From positions 1 to 37,873 of IMG/VR virus record IMGVR_UViG_3300023504_000019: 37,873 nt of DNA; one strand, given 5' to 3'. The notes beneath the pieces were generated by a model. It was not told the DNA's origin. It searched no databases and was given only the letters and a program-made list of their open reading frames with translations. Of this stretch, positions 23,651 to 30,844 are shown piece after piece (within the stretch, counting starts at the first letter, position 1; every line of letters starts with the position of its first letter). The stretch is from a virus. The translations under genes were made by a program, and so were the position numbers.

Positions 23651-23678
23651 TATTTAACTCGATTTTGCCATCTCGACA

Positions 23679-24245
23679 TTACAATTCAGCACTAAATCGG
23701 ACGTGTAACCGTGATTTTGGATTCTGATTTGTGACTGTGGTCTGTATTTTGGGCTTCCCAATTCTAAAAAATAGGAATCTCTTCTGCTTAACATGGCTAA
23801 TTACGTCTAGCGTATCGACGGAACTAAATTCTAATTTGGTGGTATCCGGGGAAACTACGCCGCTAATTTTGTTCCAAGAATCATCGTAGGAGAACTTATA
23901 CTGGTTCGGGACCTCCGTTTTCTCTGTTACTACTACCGTATCTATCCGTAACTCTGATTCTATGGTGTGTACCGCCTTAACGTCCCTTAACTTTAGACGT
24001 AGGTTTGCAACCTGTTCTGTTAAACGACTGTTAAATAATTCCAGTTCGTTACTTTTCAAAGTTAGGGCTTGGACCGTCTCGGCGTCCTTTCCGGCTTTCG
24101 TTTTGAACCGGGTAGCCTCGGTATTAATGGCTTCTATATTGCTATCTAGCCGCCGTATCTCCTTCTTTTGGCTTTCCACCTTATTATATAAGATGCCCAC
24201 TACTATGAGAAGTAGTAGGCAACCTGCGATTAAATATTTGCTCAT
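23679..24245 (-). CDS. Membrane-anchored coiled-coil protein, spanin-like lysis accessory (188 aa from MSKYLIAG)
   Basis: The ATG at 24245 makes an ATGA overlap with the amidase stop. N-terminal TM segment YLIAGCLLLLIVVGILY, then heptad-rich helix, then a beta-rich C-terminus. Last gene of the late arc, after holin and amidase. Confidence 0.35.
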   Translation of the reverse strand: MSKYLIAGCLLLLIVVGILYNKVESQKKEIRRLDSNIEAINTEATRFKTKAGKDAETVQALTLKSNELELFNSRLTEQVANLRLKLRDVKAVHTIESELRIDTVVVTEKTEVPNQYKFSYDDSWNKISGVVSPDTTKLEFSSVDTLDVISHVKQKRFLFFRIGKPKIQTTVTNQNPKSRLHVRFSAEL

Positions 24246-24748
24246 GGCGTGATGATTACGTTTTTCATGAATGTTCCATACTCCGCCCGCACATCGTAGC
24301 AGGGACACATCTTAATGAACTCGAAAGGTTCTACCTCGCCGCTTCCATTCTTATCGGGGGACGTGTCACGGTGACCCAACAGTTCCACGATAGGATAACG
24401 TTTACATATGTCGTTGATTAGGTCTATCAACGCCGCTTTTTGTTCCGGCGTGCGGGTATCCTTCGCCTTCCCGTCTTTATCCAAACCGCCTACGTAGCAG
24501 ATACCAATCGAATGGCGGTTATATGATTCTTTAGAAAAGCCTTTTGTGTTGCAGTGAGCACCGATTGCGGTTTCATTCCGTCCCTTTTCGATCTTACCGT
24601 CTAGACGGATAACATAGTGATAGCCGATGCCGTTAAAGCCTCGCTGCTTGTGCATGGCATCAATTTCCTTTGCGCCAATGTCTTGCCCTTCCCTAGTGGC
24701 CGAGCAATGGATAATAATGGCGTCTACTTTATTGCTGTTGTTTATCAT
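24242..24748 (-). CDS. N-acetylmuramoyl-L-alanine amidase endolysin (Amidase_2/PGRP type, 168 aa)
   Basis: IIHCSAT, GYHYVIRLDG and HCN...SIGICYVGG match the zinc amidase signature. Confidence 0.85.
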   Translation of the reverse strand: MINNSNKVDAIIIHCSATREGQDIGAKEIDAMHKQRGFNGIGYHYVIRLDGKIEKGRNETAIGAHCNTKGFSKESYNRHSIGICYVGGLDKDGKAKDTRTPEQKAALIDLINDICKRYPIVELLGHRDTSPDKNGSGEVEPFEFIKMCPCYDVRAEYGTFMKNVIITP

Positions 24749-24986
24749 CTTCCTTGTTCCTTTCTGTGAAGTCTTTTAGCGCATTATGAACGCGACCGTT
24801 TACGTAGATGTACACGCCGAATATTGACCCGGCATAAACCAAACATTGTGCGAAAAACCATAAAACCGAATCGTGAATAATTCCAAGCGGTTCTACTAAA
24901 AATCCCGCAACTGACAAACTTACTCCGGCGATAAGCATCCCTACCGCCGTCCAAATCTGAACATCTTCCTTTGTTTCCTTTTTCAT
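24729..24986 (-). CDS. Holin-like protein, two TM segments (85 aa)
   Basis: TM segments IWTAVGMLIAGVSLSVAGFLV and VLWFFAQCLVYAGSIFGVYIYV. Charged C-terminus. Overlaps the endolysin start by 20 nt. Confidence 0.6.
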   Translation of the reverse strand: MKKETKEDVQIWTAVGMLIAGVSLSVAGFLVEPLGIIHDSVLWFFAQCLVYAGSIFGVYIYVNGRVHNALKDFTERNKEDDKQQQ

Positions 24987-24998
24987 AACCTCAAAATG

Positions 24999-25538
24999 TT
25001 AAGTAATAAAGCAAACTCGGTAAGGTTTAACAGGATTACAACATGCATCTTTCGGCGGATTATCGGCGGCTTTATACTTCTCCCACACGTCGTGAAAATC
25101 TTCTATGAAAGCATCCGCTTTCCCACGTTCTTCCTCCCATCGTTTGTTTTTGTTGTAATCGGGAATGACTACCGAATTGCCGTATTGTTGTATCTTTAAT
25201 CCTGTTGATGTACTCTTTTGATCCGCCGCTTTCAGATAACGAACGAAAGCGTAGTAACACAGGATTGTGGAAAGGGGAACAATATTATAGGTGTTTCCGT
25301 CTATTACAACATCCAACGAATAATTGGAATCAGAATCAGTCCCGGCGGGTATATCGGTCATACCCTCTCCGCCTCCCAAGTCACTAGGTACTGAAAAGAA
25401 CGTATCGCCGCAAAGAGCTATCTTTATATCCAGCTTGTCCGCTTCTTGGATACTCTTGTTAATTTCAGTATCTTTCACGTCCGCCGCTATATCGAATAGC
25501 TCTCGGAACTTCTTAAGTACTGGTGCAAAACTACTCAT
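24999..25538 (-). CDS. Hypothetical virion protein, possibly head-tail adaptor-like (179 aa)
   Basis: Directly downstream of the portal and overlapping it. The N-terminus resembles the gp6-like connector pattern only loosely. Confidence 0.25.
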   Translation of the reverse strand: MSSFAPVLKKFRELFDIAADVKDTEINKSIQEADKLDIKIALCGDTFFSVPSDLGGGEGMTDIPAGTDSDSNYSLDVVIDGNTYNIVPLSTILCYYAFVRYLKAADQKSTSTGLKIQQYGNSVVIPDYNKNKRWEEERGKADAFIEDFHDVWEKYKAADNPPKDACCNPVKPYRVCFIT

Positions 25539-26682
25539 TTCCTTCTGTATTTAGTGAGGCTACCGTAGTAGATTCCTCAAGTTCGTTGTAAATCTCACAT
25601 AATTCGGTTGGCACGTCCATAGCACGAGCAATCTCTCTGCTTAACTTGCTACGCAACTTCGTAACCGAACGCCTGTAAACCTTCTGCATCTCCTTAACGA
25701 CTTCGCCGGATGCGTTCGAAAACGAGATAAGGGAGGAGTCAACCAAAGGGATAGGAATGTTATACGCTTGTGAGGCGATGTCCTTTTTCAATGGCTCGTT
25801 GTAGGCTTTATACAGGTTCGCATCGATCGGCACGCCTAACTGGTCCACCTTAATAAATGGCTTCTGAGAAAGCGCGTTATCGTCTCTCACCAAAACGGCG
25901 GAACCTGCACCCTGCGCACCCATCACTTCGGCGATACCCTTAACGAAGGCATCCTGTTCCTCCTGTTCGTTAAAGTCACCGTGAGAAATGATGCTGCACA
26001 TGTGGAATCCACGTGTCAAGGTACGTTCTACATAGGTACTGTTCATTGCCTCGGCTTGCATTTCCGACTGGACGGCGTGGAATGGAGAAAGCGGGTAAGG
26101 CTTCGTGGTGAAAAAGTTGATGTATAAGAGCTGTCCGGGATGATTCTCGATACCTCCGTATTCTTCCACTTCGGCGGCGAAATTGTCCGGATCAAAGGCG
26201 GGATAGGTAACGGCGGTTTTGTCCAGCTGAGTAGACTTGATATTCTGACGGTCCCAATTGTTGAACACGACCCATTTATGAATAACGGGATTCGTTAGGT
26301 AGTCCTTGTTAAGCCCTGCACGCACATATTCAAACGGGACCGGGTAAATCATCTTCGGACGGTAATCACCTCCGTACTGCACGATTAGAGCGCACCCACG
26401 AAAGCGGGCAACATCGTAGGCAAGCATATTCAGAATATCGTCCATGTTGTCACCGTGGGCGTTCGTTAACTCGCCGAATGCACGATCTTTGAATCCTTCA
26501 CATTCGATGGCTTCGCTTAATCTCTCAACGCTCAAAGATGCGGTTTTACTCGCATATATCAGTTCGGAAATAATTTGGGGATACAGGTTGCCATCCCCGT
26601 ATCCCACAATTTTCTCGGAAACTTTGGCGTTAATCTTTAAAGCCCTATCGACTATTACATTTACTTTCTTATGAGCTATCAT
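25531..26682 (-). CDS. Portal protein (383 aa)
   Basis: Overall pattern resembles small HK97-type portals (GNLYPQIISELIYASKTASLSVERLSEAI near the N-terminus; later ...AYNIPIPLV...). No other portal candidate exists in the genome. Confidence 0.6.
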   Translation of the reverse strand: MIAHKKVNVIVDRALKINAKVSEKIVGYGDGNLYPQIISELIYASKTASLSVERLSEAIECEGFKDRAFGELTNAHGDNMDDILNMLAYDVARFRGCALIVQYGGDYRPKMIYPVPFEYVRAGLNKDYLTNPVIHKWVVFNNWDRQNIKSTQLDKTAVTYPAFDPDNFAAEVEEYGGIENHPGQLLYINFFTTKPYPLSPFHAVQSEMQAEAMNSTYVERTLTRGFHMCSIISHGDFNEQEEQDAFVKGIAEVMGAQGAGSAVLVRDDNALSQKPFIKVDQLGVPIDANLYKAYNEPLKKDIASQAYNIPIPLVDSSLISFSNASGEVVKEMQKVYRRSVTKLRSKLSREIARAMDVPTELCEIYNELEESTTVASLNTEGNE

Positions 26683-26702
26683 ATTAACTTGCCTTATTTA
26701 GT

Positions 26703-27158
26703 TTAACCTAGTTCGTTTATCAGTTCTTCGTCCGTCTTTTCTTCCGGTTCTACGGGTGCCTCCGGTTCTACGGGTGCTACTTCTTCGGGAACTTCCGGGA
26801 TAGGCGTTGGTTCATCTTCCACACCGATAGGTCCCAAATCGTCGAAGTAAGGAATGTAATCGGCGTTCTCCTTCATCAGTCGTTCGGCGATAGCGTCCGT
26901 ACAATTGAATGCCCGGTACACAATTCCGTCCGCTACATGATTGATGGAAAGACCCGACTTCATAACGTAACGAACGTGTACGCCTGTCATATAGTGGCTT
27001 TCGTACCATTTCTTAGCATACGCCCGGTCCATGTGGCACATAGGGTCCAAGTTTAAACGGGTGATACTTTTACAGAGATTCAAAATCTCGATCTCATCAG
27101 TCAAAACTACCAATTCTCTAGCAACTGGTTCTGCTATTTTTGCTTTCTTCTTAGCCAT
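26703..27158 (-). CDS. Hypothetical late protein with a Pro/Glu-rich C-terminus (151 aa)
   Basis: ATG-initiated ORF. The C-terminal PEVPEEVAPVEPEAPVEPEE is encoded partly by an 18-bp tandem duplication. Confidence 0.45.
   Translation of the reverse strand: MAKKKAKIAEPVARELVVLTDEIEILNLCKSITRLNLDPMCHMDRAYAKKWYESHYMTGVHVRYVMKSGLSINHVADGIVYRAFNCTDAIAERLMKENADYIPYFDDLGPIGVEDEPTPIPEVPEEVAPVEPEAPVEPEEKTDEELINELG
26743..26778. repeat. 18-bp tandem duplication (2 copies, 17/18 identical)
   Basis: tccggttctacgggtgcc (26743-26760) then tccggttctacgggtgct (26761-26778). In frame, it encodes a repeated APVEPE. Confidence 0.85.
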
Positions 27159-27162
27159 GATG

Positions 27163-27693
27163 TTATACTGTTTTTAGGGCGTTATATTGTGACGCCGTGA
27201 TACTATATCGGAAATCCCCGCAAGAACCGTCCGGTGTTTTTAAAGTCGCTGTTGATACGCCATCAGTTGCGCTGTCCGTAGCGAAATCGGACAGTTCCAA
27301 AGGTGAGTTGCAACCAAGTACGAAATACTGATTGTTTTTCGTCTTAACTGCTACAATGAATGCACCCGATACCAAACCAATGATGTACGGAACGATAGGC
27401 AATGATGAAAGTAACTTCATCACAACCGTAATTTCCAACATCGTAGGAGCGTTATCGTTAATGCGTGCCGCCTCTGTTTCTTGGATTGAGTTTTTTACCG
27501 CTTGTACGGTGTATCCTCTCGTTCCTGCTTTCTTTGTTACGATAGCTTCCCCGGTTGCTGGGGATGCCGATACACTGGAAATATCTTCGTAATTAAGCAG
27601 TACGGCTTCCTCTATTCCGGCGATACCGGAGATTAAGCCCGGATTAGCGCAATCAAACGCCAAGTCCTGTGAAATTCGTTTCAAACATGCCAT
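27163..27693 (-). CDS. 175-aa structural paralogue 3 of 3 (putative tail tube or head-associated protein)
   Basis: MACLKRISQDLAFDC... aligns along its full length with the two upstream ORFs. Invariant Cys3 and Cys14/15, and a shared ...TL[KT]TP[DE]... motif near the C-terminus. Confidence 0.35.
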   Translation of the reverse strand: MACLKRISQDLAFDCANPGLISGIAGIEEAVLLNYEDISSVSASPATGEAIVTKKAGTRGYTVQAVKNSIQETEAARINDNAPTMLEITVVMKLLSSLPIVPYIIGLVSGAFIVAVKTKNNQYFVLGCNSPLELSDFATDSATDGVSTATLKTPDGSCGDFRYSITASQYNALKTV

Positions 27694-27695
27694 AG

Positions 27696-28220
27696 TTACG
27701 ATGCTTTAGCCAAGAGAGTATTCCAAGTGGATTCCGTCACGCTCGCTCGTGCTTCACCTAGTACACTTTCCGGTGTGGTTAATGTGATAGCGGTAAATCC
27801 GCCGTTCTCGTTCGCTGATTCTTCCAGTCCGGTGATTTCCAAACCATAGTTGCAGCCGTATATCCGGTAAACGCCTGTCTCCACCATCTTAGCAACCGCA
27901 ACCAAGCGGGAATTAAGAATGGTGTTGATGAACACGTTTTCAGCAGTCGTTTTCTTGTAAACCGTGAAGTTTACCGCCTGTTCGATTGCGTTCGGTGCGT
28001 TCTCATTGATTCTCGGTGCTTCCGTTGCGTTCGCTCCTTTCCGGATCGAGGCGACCCGGATAGTTTTTCCGGTCGGTGTAAGGGCAACTGTTGCCACGCC
28101 TGCCGATACGGAAATGGATTGAATGTCTGAGTAGTTGATAAGCAACAAATCAGCTATCCCAACCGCACCGCCTAAACAGTCGTAGGTAATCGCACCTGTG
28201 ATATTACTAATACATCCCAT
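27696..28220 (-). CDS. 175-aa structural paralogue 2 of 3
   Basis: MGCISNITGAITYDCLGGAVGIADLLLINYSD... aligns with both neighbours. Confidence 0.35.
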   Translation of the reverse strand: MGCISNITGAITYDCLGGAVGIADLLLINYSDIQSISVSAGVATVALTPTGKTIRVASIRKGANATEAPRINENAPNAIEQAVNFTVYKKTTAENVFINTILNSRLVAVAKMVETGVYRIYGCNYGLEITGLEESANENGGFTAITLTTPESVLGEARASVTESTWNTLLAKAS

Positions 28221-28224
28221 AATA

Positions 28225-28752
28225 CTAAGTTAATTTGTTAGCTTCTAAGTAAGTCCAAACAGCAGGCAAAGCAACCATGTTGCGATCACCCCGTGAATTA
28301 TCCGGCGTTTTCAGCGTAACGGTTACGAATCCGCCTGCTGCGGATGTATCGCCGTCCATGCTTGCCGCCTCTAGTCCTGCGTAAAGTCCTGCGACTTTAA
28401 TGTTACCACCGTCTTTCAGTTTTGCAAAAGCTACGAAGTTACCGGAAAGAAGAGATTCAAGAATCGCCATGCCGTCGGCTGACTTATCATAAACCGTAAT
28501 CGTTACCGTCTGTTCCATGCCCGCCGCACCATCTAGCGAACGCAAAGCGTCCGTGATTTTTGCACCGTTCTTGTAACAGTCAACCGGGATAGCCTTCCCA
28601 CCGGATACGAGCGCAATAGAATTTACTACTATATCGCTACCTACCACAAATGAGGCAAGGTCCGCCTTGTTAACAAGGTATAGCCCCGCCAAGCCGACGG
28701 AGCCACCTACGCACCCGAACGTGATAGCCTTATTGAGTTTAATACATGCCAT
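28225..28752 (-). CDS. 175-aa structural paralogue 1 of 3
   Basis: MACIKLNKAITFGCVGGSVGLAGLYLVNKAD... Immediately downstream of the capsid gene. Confidence 0.35.
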   Translation of the reverse strand: MACIKLNKAITFGCVGGSVGLAGLYLVNKADLASFVVGSDIVVNSIALVSGGKAIPVDCYKNGAKITDALRSLDGAAGMEQTVTITVYDKSADGMAILESLLSGNFVAFAKLKDGGNIKVAGLYAGLEAASMDGDTSAAGGFVTVTLKTPDNSRGDRNMVALPAVWTYLEANKLT

Positions 28753-28771
28753 AGTTCTAGGTATTTACTTG

Positions 28772-29722
28772 TTATTTCGCTGTTGTGGCGAGTTTAAGAA
28801 TCTGAGGAATAGCCACCATCGCATCAGCAGCAAAGACAGTAGTACTGTAATACTTGCGGTCTTTTGCGTCTTGGATAAACGGCTTAATGTTCACGCTTGA
28901 ATCTTCCAAAGCGATCTGAATGTTCGTTTTCGGAGTAAATGCGATGAACGCTTTCTGATCGGTTGCGTCGGCGATCATTGATGCAGACACGTGCGGCAAC
29001 TCATTGATGCGGTAACCTTCCAAAGTGTAAACGGGCTTGCCGTCCTCCATGTTCTGCTGAGCGGTTGTGTTATCCTTCTTCTGCACCAAGTTTTTGAACA
29101 AGCGCATAACGTTAGAAGTTACGAAGAACTCAGAGTTTTCCTTTTGGTCTGCACGCTGAGAGTCGATCAAGGCTTTCATAGTTGCCTCTACGCCTGTTGT
29201 AACGTTATCGTCCAATGTCAAGGCGAGGATCGTCTCGGAGCTGTCCTGCATCTGTTTCAAGAAACCACCACGTTTGAAGATGTTGTAAGCAACGTCTGCC
29301 GCTTTAGTTCCATCCAACCAAGCCAAACGGAGCAAGTCAGCTTCTAATACTTTCAGTACCTCAGCCGCCATGAATCCCGCTAACTGTGTTTCATCGAAAT
29401 CGTCTGAGATGTGGATGCCCTTAGCCACCATCTTTCCCCACAAGTCCTGCAAGCAGACAACGATAGGTAATTCGATAGGTTGGAAATCGTAGTATTTAAC
29501 GCTATCCTTCATTGCGTTGTACTCGTAAGTTCCGGCGCATCCTGCTGACTTGCGAAGTGCTTTAGTATCAGCCGCGAATGTCACGATAGGCGTTTTGTTG
29601 TCCAGTCCTGCAAGAACGGTTGCGCCTCTCTCCATTTCTCCCACCAATCCGACAGTCATAGAGATAACGTCAGACAGGCTGTTAATATTCAGATTATTTA
29701 AATCCGTAAAAGTCATTGCCAT
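28772..29722 (-). CDS. Major capsid protein, HK97-fold type (316 aa)
   Basis: Size, position directly after the protease-scaffold gene and the segment LEADLLRLAWLDG are typical of HK97-like capsid proteins. It is preceded by the only strong AGGAGG ribosome-binding site I noticed. Confidence 0.7.
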   Translation of the reverse strand: MAMTFTDLNNLNINSLSDVISMTVGLVGEMERGATVLAGLDNKTPIVTFAADTKALRKSAGCAGTYEYNAMKDSVKYYDFQPIELPIVVCLQDLWGKMVAKGIHISDDFDETQLAGFMAAEVLKVLEADLLRLAWLDGTKAADVAYNIFKRGGFLKQMQDSSETILALTLDDNVTTGVEATMKALIDSQRADQKENSEFFVTSNVMRLFKNLVQKKDNTTAQQNMEDGKPVYTLEGYRINELPHVSASMIADATDQKAFIAFTPKTNIQIALEDSSVNIKPFIQDAKDRKYYSTTVFAADAMVAIPQILKLATTAK

Positions 29723-29752
29723 AATTTTAGCCTCCTATAATTTATAAAGTGA

Positions 29753-30769
29753 TTACTTCTGTTTAGCGAATTTAATCATCGCTTCCTTAGCTTTCGCTCT
29801 CGCCTCTTCGTTTGACAGCTTGGTTTTCTCCTGTGCGCTGCTTTTGTCCCCTACGGTGCGACTAGATACGATTGGCGTTTTGGTCTGCTTGGAAAGCATC
29901 GTTTTAATCTCACCCAAAGATTTTTCCAGTGCGCCAAGACGTTTAGAAAATTCGTCCGGTGTTTTGGATTTCTTTTCGTCATCTTCGGTTTCCTCCGCCA
30001 TCTCTTCTACGTCTTCCTTAACTTCCTCTTCCACCTCTTTAAAGGATTCGATCACGCCGTCTTTCACCACGAGAATGAGTTGACCTTCGTCTGTTACTAC
30101 TGTGATTTCTCCGTCTGCTACGGGCGTGCCATCTGCATTTACTACTGCATCACCTACGGCGACCTCTTCACCCGCCGATTTAATCGTGATTTTCTCGCCG
30201 TTGATGGCTTCCACGATATTCTCGGCTAATTTTGTCTTTGCCGAGAATTTACTGAAAATTCCTGTAAAAATTCCCATCTTGTTACTTTGATTTTGGTTAT
30301 TAAATAGTGAACTTGTGGCGGCGGGTAATCCTACCAAGTCACAAGTAAAAAGTTCTAAAAATTCGGTTACGTCCCAAGTTCCGGTTTCTTCGTTCCACTG
30401 CTTGATATCGTTATCCACAACAGATACGCCTAACATATCCGGTTCTTTCTCGATAAGCGAGCGCATGAAGGTTACCTCCGCGGGGTAAGCGTCCACCATA
30501 GCGGGTGAAAAGTCGAAGTCGGCATAAACAATGCCATCCTCTTCTACGAAGTTGGAAAACTTGCCGATGTACTGGTCCAACAGGTCACCCCCGTTGTGCG
30601 TTTTGCGGGAATGGATAGGTCTAGAATTACCACAGGCAACAAGAGATGCCAAAGATTCCGGTGTAATCACTATCTTACCTATCAGTGATTCGCCGTTTAT
30701 GCCTAAGTCCTCCCACGAATTGGCGGTTTCCCCGGCTTCTATGATGCGTACTTTAACAAAATCTGCCAT
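29753..30769 (-). CDS. Prohead protease (S78-like) fused to an acidic scaffold-like C-terminal half (338 aa from MADFVKV)
   Basis: IHSRKTHNGG...YIGKFSNFVEEDGIVYADFDF...MLGVSVV resembles the H...IG...ED.GL...S.G pattern of Peptidase_S78. The C-terminal half is Glu/Lys-rich and helical. The track start at 30790 is a TTG inside the -7 box, so the ATG at 30769 is preferred. Confidence 0.5.
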   Translation of the reverse strand: MADFVKVRIIEAGETANSWEDLGINGESLIGKIVITPESLASLVACGNSRPIHSRKTHNGGDLLDQYIGKFSNFVEEDGIVYADFDFSPAMVDAYPAEVTFMRSLIEKEPDMLGVSVVDNDIKQWNEETGTWDVTEFLELFTCDLVGLPAATSSLFNNQNQSNKMGIFTGIFSKFSAKTKLAENIVEAINGEKITIKSAGEEVAVGDAVVNADGTPVADGEITVVTDEGQLILVVKDGVIESFKEVEEEVKEDVEEMAEETEDDEKKSKTPDEFSKRLGALEKSLGEIKTMLSKQTKTPIVSSRTVGDKSSAQEKTKLSNEEARAKAKEAMIKFAKQK

Positions 30770-30787
30770 ACAATCAATTAATTTGTG

Positions 30788-30819
30788 CAAATATACTAGA
30801 TAATTACGTGATTTCGAAA
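30788..30819 (-). promoter_or_regulatory. Internal late promoter for the protease-capsid block
   Basis: Minus strand: TTTC (30819-30816), 20 nt, TATATTTG (30795-30788). It lies 18 nt upstream of the ATG at 30769. Confidence 0.5.
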
Positions 30820-30824
30820 GGATG

Positions 30825-30844
30825 CCGCACCAATTAAAGTGCGG
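30825..30844 (-). other. Hairpin enclosing the tape-measure stop codon
   Basis: CCGCAC (30825-30830) / GTGCGG (30839-30844) with an 8-nt loop. Only a weak U-tract follows on the minus strand (CATCCTTTCG). Confidence 0.4.
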
